64,000 bases of DNA, taken from an uncultured Planctomycetota bacterium. GTDB taxonomy: Bacteria > Planctomycetota > PLA2 > JAEUHO01. The first letter of the stretch is position 1. Each line of letters starts with the position of its first letter. The notes beneath the pieces are model-generated. The model saw only the letters and a list, made by a program, of their open reading frames with translations, had not been told where the DNA came from and ran no database searches. Positions 27,073 to 35,278 of this stretch are shown one piece after another. The translations under genes were made by a program, and so were the position numbers. Where the stretch lies: NCBI GenBank assembly GCA_963752285.1, contig CAVVXN010000005.1, positions 96,001-160,000 of the forward strand, given 5' to 3'.

Positions 27073-29634
27073 CGCGGGATCTCCGTGGTGAGCACCCACG
27101 TGCCCGTGCCCCAGGAGGTCGTGACCAGCGTGCTGCACGGTGTCGTCGGGGCCGACCCACACGTCCTTCGGCATCGACTCGGCCTCCGTGAGGTGCGGAC
27201 CCGTCCACGCCGCGCCGTCCCGGGACGTGAACAGCCCGAACGCGCCGTCGGCCGTGCGATCCCAGAGGACCAGCGTTCCGTCGGGGGCACGGCCGAGGAC
27301 GGGACCCCAGAGGTAGCGAGAGAGGACGCCGGCCGTTCCCGTAACGGCGAGCTCCTGTGGCGCGCCGGCGCGGGGCCACCGCGTCACTCGGATCTCCCGG
27401 CCCATCGCGCGCGACGCGACGAGGACGGCTCCGTCCGGCAACGCGACGGCGGTGCCTCGCGCATCTTCGCCCACGAGCAGACGGGGTGCGCTCCAGGTCA
27501 TGCCGTCGGACGTGTCGATCTCGTAGATGCCGGCGCCGTCCGGCCCCTGGGCCGAGCGGAGGATCACCCGGCTCTCGCCGAGGTCACCCTCGAGGATCTG
27601 CACGTCCCCCTCGGCGAGGAACACCTGGGTCCCCGCCGCGGGTCCCAGGTAGGTGCGTTCCGCGTCGTGACCACGAATCGGGAACGCGATCCGCCGTGGC
27701 CACGACCATTCGACGAGATCGTCCGAGGTGGAGGCGTAGAGGCACGCCCACGTCGGGTTCCCCCGATTGGAGATCCAGACCAGGAGCCACCGTCCGTCGG
27801 CCATTCGCCCCAGGGCCGGGTGATCGTCGTACGCCGAGGACGACACCGAGAGCCGCCTCGGCGCGCCGAACGTCCGGCCGCCGTCGCTCGACGAGACGAG
27901 CCAGAGGTCGGGGTCCACCCACGGGTCGAGATGGGCCGGCGGGTCGTCCGGCTCGCCCCACCAGCTACCCCGTGCCGCCGCCAGCACGACGTGGACCGCG
28001 CCCTGCGGCCCCGTGGCGACGCGCAGGTGCTCGATCGGGCGGCCGAGCTCCGGCGCGAGCGGTGCCGCCCCGCCGATCGAGGGCGCGGGCCCGTCGCGCG
28101 CGTGGGCTCCCTCGGGGACGAGCTCGGCTCGCGTCTCGATCGAGTCGAGTCGGACACCCCGGGGCTCGGCCGAGACCCACACCTGGGCCACCGGAGGAGA
28201 GAACCGCATCGTCCGATCGACCGGCTCGGCGTCCCCGGCGGGAACGGTGATCTCCGTGACGACGTGCTGCGGACCGTTTACGCCGCCCCATCCGGACAAG
28301 AGGAGCGTCCCGGAGGATGCGTCGTCGTCTCGATGCGCCCCGACGTGCCAGTCGAGTCGCGAGATTCGCAGCCCGCGCGCGGCGAGGATCTGGAGCCCGG
28401 CGGGGAGGGAGGGGCCGCCCGGTTGGGGCGCCGGATCGACGGAAAGCGAACACCGCGGTGCGCTCGCGGACAGGACGACGCAGCCCGGAGGCACGGGTGT
28501 CGTCGGATCGACGGCGCGGACCGCGCGCGCGTACAGGGCGGCGTAGAGTCCGCCCAGGCCCGCGGCGACGCCGTGGAGCTCCTCCCAGGCATGGGTGGAC
28601 CAGAGGGCCTTCATGCGCTCGACGCTGGCGCTCCTCGCGAGGTCGGGCTGGAAGTGCACGTCGCGGGCCTGGCAGAGCTTCCATCGCGCGTAGACGAAGG
28701 CGAGGGCGTCGCTCCAGCGACCCTTCCGAGCGAGATCGAGCGCCAGGCGGCCGACGAGCGCGGAGGTCTCGGGGTGGTAGGGGAAGCGCTCGATGGCTCG
28801 CGCGAGGGTCTCCTCCGCGCCGTCAGCACGGCCGGGCTCTCCTTCGATCGCATCGGCGGCGAGCCGGGCCGCGCGCACGACCGCGTTCGGGTCGCGCGAG
28901 GTCCGGACGAGCTCCTCCCACGTGAGGGCGGCGTGCGCGTGCTGACCGAGATCCTGGTAGAGCCGCCCGAGCGCGAGCGCGGCGTCGGTGAAGGCCGGCT
29001 CCGCCTCCAGCGCGTGCGTCAGCCCGACGAACGCGCGGGGGTAGTCCGCGTCGTCCTCGGCGGCCAGTGCCCGGTAGTACGCGGCCATCGCCTCGACCGA
29101 GACCGGCGGCAGCAGGACGGCCGGCTCGAGCCCCTCGGCGCCGAAGACGGCCTGCGTCATGTCCGCGACGAGCCGGCCGAGCGTCGGGACCGTGCCGTGG
29201 AGCCGCCGGCTCCGAAGCGGCGTCCCCGCGTGCGCGTCCACGACCGCGAGGTCCACGTCCACGTCGTCGCCGTTCGCCGCGAAGGTGCCGAACACCGCCC
29301 AGTCGGCGTCGGCGACCCGCGCGAGGCTCGTCGCGTCCTCGGGTCGGAGGAGGCCCACGGCCGCGAGGTCGCGCTCTCGCAGCAGCTCGGCGACGCCCTC
29401 GCGCTCGACCACGACGACGCCGGGCTTCCCGGCGAGCGCGCCCGAGAGGAGCGTCCCGAGCGCCGAGCCGAGCCAGTCGTGCGCGGGGTCCTCGGCCCGG
29501 GGCGCGAAGCGGAGCACGGCGACCTGCAGGGTCTGGGGCCGGGCCGCGGGTTCGCCGTCGGCCCGGGCCCGCGCGGTCGAGACGAGGAGCGCGAGCACGA
29601 GACCGGCCCCGGCCCACAGCGCGCCCTTCGCCAT
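27069..29634 (-). CDS. Secreted CsgG-like + TPR + BNR/Asp-box (sialidase-like propeller) protein, with an apparent +1 indel near 27130
   Basis: Signal peptide MAKGALWAGAGLVLALLVSTARA; VVEREGVAELLRE (CsgG-like); TPR helices; Asp-boxes SSDGGRTF, TSDDLVEWS, TSDGMTWS and SRDGAAWT. The natural end appears to be TLVTTSWGTGTWVLTTEIPR* at 27069. Confidence 0.65.
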
Positions 29635-29981
29635 CGAGGAGTTGGACACCCTCCCGGGCCGATTCTTGGCCGGCCCCATTCTGGCGTCGCTCGTCCCGGG
29701 CCCATCGGAGCAGCCCGTTCGTCCGTGCGCAACGACGCTTCGGGGTGGGGGAGGTCGAACGCGAGGCCCCCGGATCCACGTGCCGGCCCGCGAGGGCGCG
29801 GGCCGCGTGAACGGACGAGCCGGGGCCGCAGGGAGCCGCATGGGCCGAGCCGCGGCGCGGAGACCTCCGGCGCTGGCAAGCGTGGCGACGGGGCGCGGCG
29901 CCGGCCGCGAACGGGGTTCGGCATGCCCTCCCGAGCCCGGATTCAGGGGCTCTGGGGGCCGACCGGCGGGGCCCCCGGGAC

Positions 29982-30003
29982 TGTCGGTGGTTCGTTTTAT
30001 GTT
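29982..30003 (+). promoter_or_regulatory. PafBC/RecA-NDp-type DNA-damage-inducible promoter motif
   Basis: TGTCGG-TGGTTCGTTT-TATGTT = TGTCGG-N10-TAnnnT, including the extended TGTCGGTG, 40 nt before the ATG at 30044. Confidence 0.65.
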
Positions 30004-30043
30004 AGGTGGATCGGACCGCGCTACCACCTTGGGGGATCTCCTC

Positions 30044-32521
30044 ATGCAAGCCGTCGAAGACGTCCGCCGCGCCCTCTCGTCGATCGACCTCGTCCAGGGC
30101 CTCTCCATCCACCACGTCGAGACCCACCTCGAGATGGGGCTCCGCCTCGGGGACGTGGGGCAACGCGTCCTCGCCTTCTACCTCCTGGAGATGGAGACGC
30201 GGGGGCTCCACCAGGCGCTCGGCTACGCCACGACCGCCTACTACGCCGAGGACCGGCTCGGTCTCGACCGCCGCCGAACGGCGGAGCTGCTGCGGGTCGG
30301 GCGACGGCTCCTGGAGCTCCCGGAGATCGACCAGGCCTTCTGCGAGGACCGGCTCCCGTGGTCCAAGGTGCTCCTCCTCTCGCGGGTCGTCGAGCCCGCG
30401 CACGAGGCGGCCTGGCTCGCGCGCGCGCTCGCGCTCACGAAACGGGACCTGGAGCAGGAGGTCCGCGTCGTCAGGCCCGGCGCGCCGCCGCCCGCGTCCG
30501 GGGAGCGGATGGGACTTCCGCAGGTCCGCTTCACGGTCGAGATGAAGGTCTCGCCGCTCGTCCAGGCGAAGCTCGAGCAGGCGAAGGCGCGGGTCGAGTC
30601 GGAGCGCGAGACCCCGATCGGCGACGCGGAGCTCCTGGACGTCGTCCTCGACACGTTCCTCTCCTTCGAGGACGACGGGACGATCCCCGGGAAGAAGCGC
30701 GTCGCGCGTTCGCTCTACCAGATCGTGCTCCGCGAGGAGGCGTGGCCCGACGAAGGCACGCCGGGGGGAGTACCTGGAGAGCAGGGCCGAGACGAAAGTG
30801 ACGAAAGCGACGGAGGCGGCGGCGCGGCGCCGGACGACCGGACCCGCGAGTCGCTGGGGGACGCGAGGCCGCCGGGGGACGCGAGGCCGCCGGGCGACGC
30901 GAGGCTGCCGGGCGACGCGAGGCTGCCGGGCGACGCGAGGCTGCCGCCGATGCCGCGACTCCTCCTCGAGAGCGGCATCCCGCTCGCCGAGGCGTGGAGC
31001 GCGGCGGTGCGCTGCGACGCCGAGGTCTCGGGCTGCCGGCAGGACGTGCCCCACGAAGAACGCGACCCGAAGACGCCGCGCTGGATGCGGAGGCGGGCGC
31101 TCGCGCTCGACGGCCACCGGTGTCGATCGTGCGGCTCGCGCTACCGGCTGATGGTCCACCACGTCGCCTTCCGGCGCCGAGGCGGGAAGACGAGGCTCCA
31201 GAATGTCGTGACCCTCTGCGTTCGCTGTCACGCGCTGGTCCACGAGGGGCTCCTCGAGGTCGAGGGACGAAGCGGAGGGGAGGTCCGGCTCGCGGGGATC
31301 GACGGGCGGTCGATCCGGACGCCCCTCGCGCCCGCCGACCGGAGGGCGGTGATCGGGATCCCGTCCACCCGCAACGGGTCGGAGTCCGACGGACGGGCGC
31401 GCGCCTCGCCCGCGCCTTCGCTCCCGCCGCGCGTGGCCCTCGCGGACGTGCCCCTGGAGATCGACGCCGCGTGGTGGCACCGGCACCGGGACCTCGTCCG
31501 GTTCCGGAGCGAGACGGAGGTCGAGCTCGAACCGGGACGGCCCAAGGCCGAAGCGACGAACGAGGCGCGTGGCGAGGCGGGCCCGCCATCGCAAGCGGGC
31601 GTGTCCTTCGAGGAGGCGTTCGAGGGTCTCGTCGGGCAGGAGGACCTGCTCCGGCGGATCGAGGTGGCCTTCGAGGGATCCAAGGCGCGGGGCCGCGCGG
31701 TCCCGCACCTCCTCCTGGTCGGTCCCCCGGGGACCGGCAAGACCACGATCGCCCGGCGTCTCTCCACGCTCGAAGGCGCGCGGCTCGTGGAGGCGAATGG
31801 CGCGTTCCTGGACGCGCCGGGTTCGCTCGTGCGGATCCTCGCGGGACTCCGGGACGGCGACGTCCTCTTCGTGGACGAGGTCCACGCGCTCGCGCCGGCG
31901 GCGCAGGAGGTCCTCTACCCGGCGATGGCCGAGGGGCGGCTCGGGCTCGTGTTCGGACGGGGATCCGAGACCCGGACGGTCTCGTTTTGGCTCCCGCGCT
32001 TCACGCTCGTCGCCGCGACGACGGAGGAAGCGAAGGTGTCGGGTCCGCTTCGCTCGCGGTTCGGGCTCGTGGAGACGCTCGGGTTCTACGAGGAGGCCGC
32101 GCTGGTGCGGCTGGTGGACGAGCACGCGCGAAGGGAGGGCGTAGACCTCCCGGTGGAGTCGGCCGAGGCGCTCGTCCGCGTGGCCCGCGGGACGCCCCGG
32201 GAGGCGCTCCGGCTCCTCGAGCGGACGCTCGACCTCGCGGCGGCGGAGGGCGTGCCCCGGGTCTCACCGGAGATCGTAAAGGAGGCGCTCCGGATGCTCG
32301 GGTTCGACGCGGACGGCCTGAACCCTGCCGAGCGGCGCTACCTCGCGCTGCTCCGGGGGCGTCGCGGACCCGTGCCCCTCGCGCGGCTCGCGCGGATGCT
32401 CGGGACGAGCGCCGTGGCGGTGGCGCGGCAGATCGAGCCGTACCTGTGTCTTCGAGGCTTCGTCCAGGTGACGGCGATGGGTCGGCTGGCGTCGTACCGG
32501 CCGCGGATCGCGCAAGCCTGA
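30044..32521 (+). CDS. DUF222-like - HNH endonuclease - RuvB-like AAA+ ATPase fusion protein (825 aa)
   Basis: N-terminus LGYATTAYYAEDRLGL...LLELPEIDQAFCEDRLPWSKV (DUF222-like). HNH at about 31085..31250: CRSC...VHHV...GG...NVVTLCVRCHALVH. RuvB from about 31600: VGQE, HLLLVGPPGTGKTT, LFVDEVH, EVLYPAM, FTLVAATT, PLRSRFG, RGTPR, IEPYL...GR. Confidence 0.9.
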   Translation: MQAVEDVRRALSSIDLVQGLSIHHVETHLEMGLRLGDVGQRVLAFYLLEMETRGLHQALGYATTAYYAEDRLGLDRRRTAELLRVGRRLLELPEIDQAFCEDRLPWSKVLLLSRVVEPAHEAAWLARALALTKRDLEQEVRVVRPGAPPPASGERMGLPQVRFTVEMKVSPLVQAKLEQAKARVESERETPIGDAELLDVVLDTFLSFEDDGTIPGKKRVARSLYQIVLREEAWPDEGTPGGVPGEQGRDESDESDGGGGAAPDDRTRESLGDARPPGDARPPGDARLPGDARLPGDARLPPMPRLLLESGIPLAEAWSAAVRCDAEVSGCRQDVPHEERDPKTPRWMRRRALALDGHRCRSCGSRYRLMVHHVAFRRRGGKTRLQNVVTLCVRCHALVHEGLLEVEGRSGGEVRLAGIDGRSIRTPLAPADRRAVIGIPSTRNGSESDGRARASPAPSLPPRVALADVPLEIDAAWWHRHRDLVRFRSETEVELEPGRPKAEATNEARGEAGPPSQAGVSFEEAFEGLVGQEDLLRRIEVAFEGSKARGRAVPHLLLVGPPGTGKTTIARRLSTLEGARLVEANGAFLDAPGSLVRILAGLRDGDVLFVDEVHALAPAAQEVLYPAMAEGRLGLVFGRGSETRTVSFWLPRFTLVAATTEEAKVSGPLRSRFGLVETLGFYEEAALVRLVDEHARREGVDLPVESAEALVRVARGTPREALRLLERTLDLAAAEGVPRVSPEIVKEALRMLGFDADGLNPAERRYLALLRGRRGPVPLARLARMLGTSAVAVARQIEPYLCLRGFVQVTAMGRLASYRPRIAQA
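30857..30946 (+). repeat. In-frame 18-bp tandem repeat x5 (GDARPP x2, GDARLP x3)
   Basis: GG(G/C)GACGCGAGGC(C/T)GCCG repeated five times. Confidence 0.95.
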
Positions 32522-32750
32522 CGGAGGGAGGGAGGAGGAGCGCCCGCACGAACACGAGCAGGGAGCGGGAAGAGCGGGCCCCCGCACGGTAGAGGGCGGC
32601 CGACCAGGTCGCGCGAGCGAGGGCGGGGGATCCCGGCCTCGGGCGCGCGGGCGTCGGGCGTCGCTCGGCGCGAGCTTGGTGGCCGAGCTCGGTGGCTCGG
32701 CGTGCGTCGGGCGGCTCTTTGTAAAGACGCGCGCGCGCCGAACGTTCGGC

Positions 32751-32771
32751 AAACCCGACCGGCGGGTCGGG
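32751..32771 (-). terminator. Candidate intrinsic terminator of the hem operon
   Basis: Minus strand CCCGACC-cgcc-GGTCGGG-TTT, starting 13 nt after the hemN stop. The U-tract is short. Confidence 0.4.
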
Positions 32772-32783
32772 ATTGGGGCCGGT

Positions 32784-34235
32784 TCAGACCGTGCGGCTGT
32801 AGCGGGGGCGGGTCGGGCCTTCCTCGTCGCGGCGGGCTCGTTCGGCGCGGAGGTGCGCGTCGAAGACCATGCACACGTTTCGGACGAAGAGGCGGCCGAG
32901 CGGCGTGAGGCGGATGCCCTCGGCGTCCACCTGGACGATGCCGTCGTCGGCCATCGCCCGGAGCTCCTCGGCCTCCTCCGGGTAGCGCTCGCGCCAGTCA
33001 CCCCCGCCCGCGGGGATGTCGGGAAGGAGGTGCGTGCGGCCGACGCGACCGTTGCACATGAGCTCCTGGATGATCCGGCCCCGGAGCTCGTCGTCCGGCG
33101 TACGTCGGTAGCCGCGGTGTACGGGGAGCTCACCCGCCTGGATCGCGTGCTCCCACTGGGTGAGCTTCGCGTGGTTCTGCACGTACACGCCCCGCGCATC
33201 GCCGATGCCCGTGATCCCGAGCGCGACCATGTCGGTGCCCGCGCGCGTGTGGAAGCCCATGAAGTTCCGGTGGAGCGTCCCCTCCGCGCGCGCACGCGTG
33301 AGCTCGTCGTCGGGGCGGGCGAAGTGGTCCATGCCGATGAACTCGTAGCCCGCGCCGACGAACGTCTTGACGCCCGCCTGGAACAGCGCGAGGCGTTCGC
33401 GCGCCTTCGGGAGCGCCGCCTCGTCGATCTTGCGCTGGTGGGCCTTGAGCCACGGCACGTGCGCGTAGCCGAAGAGGCTCACGCGGTCGGGCCGGATGCG
33501 TTCGACCACCACGTCGAGCGTCTTCTGGAAGTCCTCGGGCGTCTGGTGGGGGAGTCCGTACATGAGGTCCACGTTGACGCTCGTGAAGCCCTCCTCGCGG
33601 CAGAACTCCACCAGCGCGAGGGTCTGCTCGACCGACTGCACGCGGTTGACGGCCTCCTGGACCTTCGGCGTGAAGTCCTGAACGCCCATGCTCACACGCC
33701 ACCAGCCGAGGCGACGGAGGGTCGAGACGTGCTCCCGCGTGGTCACGCAGGGATCGACCTCGAGCGCGATCTCCGCGTCACCGAGGATCTCGAAGCGATC
33801 GGCGATCTTCGCGTGGATCTGCTCGAGCGCCTCGGCGGGAAAGTACGTCGGCGTCCCGCCGCCCAGGTGGAGCTGCGCGAGGCGGCGGTTGCCCGCCGAG
33901 AGCGCGTCGGCGACCAGGTCGATCTCGGGCAGGAGCGCGGCGAGGTACCGGTCCACGATCGCGCGGTCGCGGCTCACGATCACGTTGCACCCGCAGTAGG
34001 TGCACATCGCCTCGCAGAAGGGGAGGTGGAGGTACAGGCTCAGCGGCGGCGCGTCGGGACCGCGCGACCGGTAGACCTCGAGCGCCTCGGCGGGGCCGAT
34101 CTCGGGTCCGAAGTGCGGCGCGGGCGGGTACGAGGTGTAGCGCGGACCCGGGCGGTCGTAGCGCGGCGTGAGCTCGACGGCACGCGCGAGGTCCGCGGCG
34201 TCGGGCGGACGATCGGGGACGCCGGGCTCGGTCAT
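32784..34235 (-). CDS. hemN: Oxygen-independent coproporphyrinogen III oxidase (radical SAM)
   Basis: GPRYTSYP, LYLHLPFCEAMCTYCGC, HLGGGTPT, IGMDHFA, LHRNFMG. Confidence 0.95.
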   Translation of the reverse strand: MTEPGVPDRPPDAADLARAVELTPRYDRPGPRYTSYPPAPHFGPEIGPAEALEVYRSRGPDAPPLSLYLHLPFCEAMCTYCGCNVIVSRDRAIVDRYLAALLPEIDLVADALSAGNRRLAQLHLGGGTPTYFPAEALEQIHAKIADRFEILGDAEIALEVDPCVTTREHVSTLRRLGWWRVSMGVQDFTPKVQEAVNRVQSVEQTLALVEFCREEGFTSVNVDLMYGLPHQTPEDFQKTLDVVVERIRPDRVSLFGYAHVPWLKAHQRKIDEAALPKARERLALFQAGVKTFVGAGYEFIGMDHFARPDDELTRARAEGTLHRNFMGFHTRAGTDMVALGITGIGDARGVYVQNHAKLTQWEHAIQAGELPVHRGYRRTPDDELRGRIIQELMCNGRVGRTHLLPDIPAGGGDWRERYPEEAEELRAMADDGIVQVDAEGIRLTPLGRLFVRNVCMVFDAHLRAERARRDEEGPTRPRYSRTV

Positions 34236-35278
34236 CGCGCCTCCGAGGGAGCCGGCACGGGTCGGAAGCGGTGGACCGCCTCCACGAATGCGCGCGCGTT
34301 GTCCGGGGGCGTGTCCTTGAGGATCCCGTGGCCCAGGTTCGCGAGGTGGGGGCGGCCGGGGGGCACGGACGCGCACATCTTCGTCGTCGCCTCATGGACC
34401 GTGCGCTCGTTCGTGAGGAGCACGGTCGGGTCGAGGTTCCCCTGCAGCCGCACGCGGCCTTCGACGCGGGCGTACGCGGCCCCGAGGTCGGTCCGCCAGT
34501 CGAGCGAGAGCGCCTCGACGCCCGTGAGGAGCGCGTCCTCGAGGCGCGCGGCCGTGCCGAGACCGGGGAAGAGGATCACCGGCGGTCGGTGCGGCCCCAG
34601 GCCTTCGACGACGCGACGCACGGACGGCACCACGATCTCGCGGAAGAGGTCCGGCGAGAGGACGCCGGCCCAGGTGTCGAAGAGCTGCAGGACCTGCGCG
34701 CCACAGGCCGCCTGCTCCCGGAGGTAGGGCACCAGCGCGTCGGCCGCGCGGTCCACCAGCTCCCGAAACGCGCGCGGATGCGCGTGGAGGAAGCGCCGCG
34801 TGGTCTCGAAGTCCCGGCTCGTCCCGCCCTCGACCATGTACGCACAGAGGGTGAAGGGCGCGGCCGAGAAGCCGATCAGCGCGACGCGGTCGGGGAGCGC
34901 GCGGCGCAGGATCGACACGGTCTCGAAGACCGCCCGCACCCGCGACGGGTCGGGCGCGTGGACGCGCTGGACGTCGGCCGGCGAGCGGATGGGATGGACG
35001 ATCCGCGGGCCGCCGTCGGGGAACTCGACCGTGACGCCCATGGCGTCGGCCGTGAGCAGGATGTCGGCGAAGACGATCGCCGCGTCCACGTCGAACCGCT
35101 CGACGGGCTCGAGCGTCACCTCGGCGGCCAGCTCCGGCGTGCGGCAGAGGTCCAGGAACGAGGTCTTGGCGCGGACGCGCTGGTAGCCGGGGAGGTAGCG
35201 TCCCGCCTGGCGCATCATCCAGACGGGGAAGCGATCGACCGGCTCGCCCTGGAGCGCGCGGAGGAAGAGCGGGGTCAC
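34232..35278 (-). CDS. hemE: Uroporphyrinogen decarboxylase
   Basis: PVWMMRQAGRYLP, DAAIVFADIL, LIGFSAAPFTL, QLFDTWAG, QGNLDP, NLGHGI. The GTG overlaps the hemA stop. Confidence 0.95.
   Translation of the reverse strand: MTPLFLRALQGEPVDRFPVWMMRQAGRYLPGYQRVRAKTSFLDLCRTPELAAEVTLEPVERFDVDAAIVFADILLTADAMGVTVEFPDGGPRIVHPIRSPADVQRVHAPDPSRVRAVFETVSILRRALPDRVALIGFSAAPFTLCAYMVEGGTSRDFETTRRFLHAHPRAFRELVDRAADALVPYLREQAACGAQVLQLFDTWAGVLSPDLFREIVVPSVRRVVEGLGPHRPPVILFPGLGTAARLEDALLTGVEALSLDWRTDLGAAYARVEGRVRLQGNLDPTVLLTNERTVHEATTKMCASVPPGRPHLANLGHGILKDTPPDNARAFVEAVHRFRPVPAPSEAR

Noticed and set aside
29640..29670. Autoregulated ECF promoter (minus strand CAAGAAT...GTCCAAC) before the CsgG-TPR gene run
   Set aside because: The position is plausible, but there is only one instance and no group consensus I can verify.
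29908..29920. CGAAC-GGG-GTTCG as a Gram-positive-type LexA box upstream of the HNH-RuvB gene
   Set aside because: The spacer is 3 nt rather than 4 and the site lies about 60 bp upstream of the promoter motif. Worth revisiting only if reads show a fifth G.
24733..30108. Single 1791-aa giant protein
   Set aside because: The first 158 codons are intergenic read-through, and the rest is better explained as two genes joined by an indel near 27130.
30857..30946. CRISPR-like array
   Set aside because: The units are contiguous 18-mers with no spacers and lie in frame within a CDS. No cas genes or repeat-spacer arrays were seen in the window.
31600..32521. Annotating the gene simply as housekeeping ruvB
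   Set aside because: The RuvB part is in frame with about 520 upstream residues, has no evident separate RBS, and lacks ruvA/ruvC neighbours.
29635..32783. Calling the HNH-RuvB locus an insertion sequence
   Set aside because: I found no terminal inverted repeats, target-site duplication or transposase motif, so mobility remains a hypothesis.
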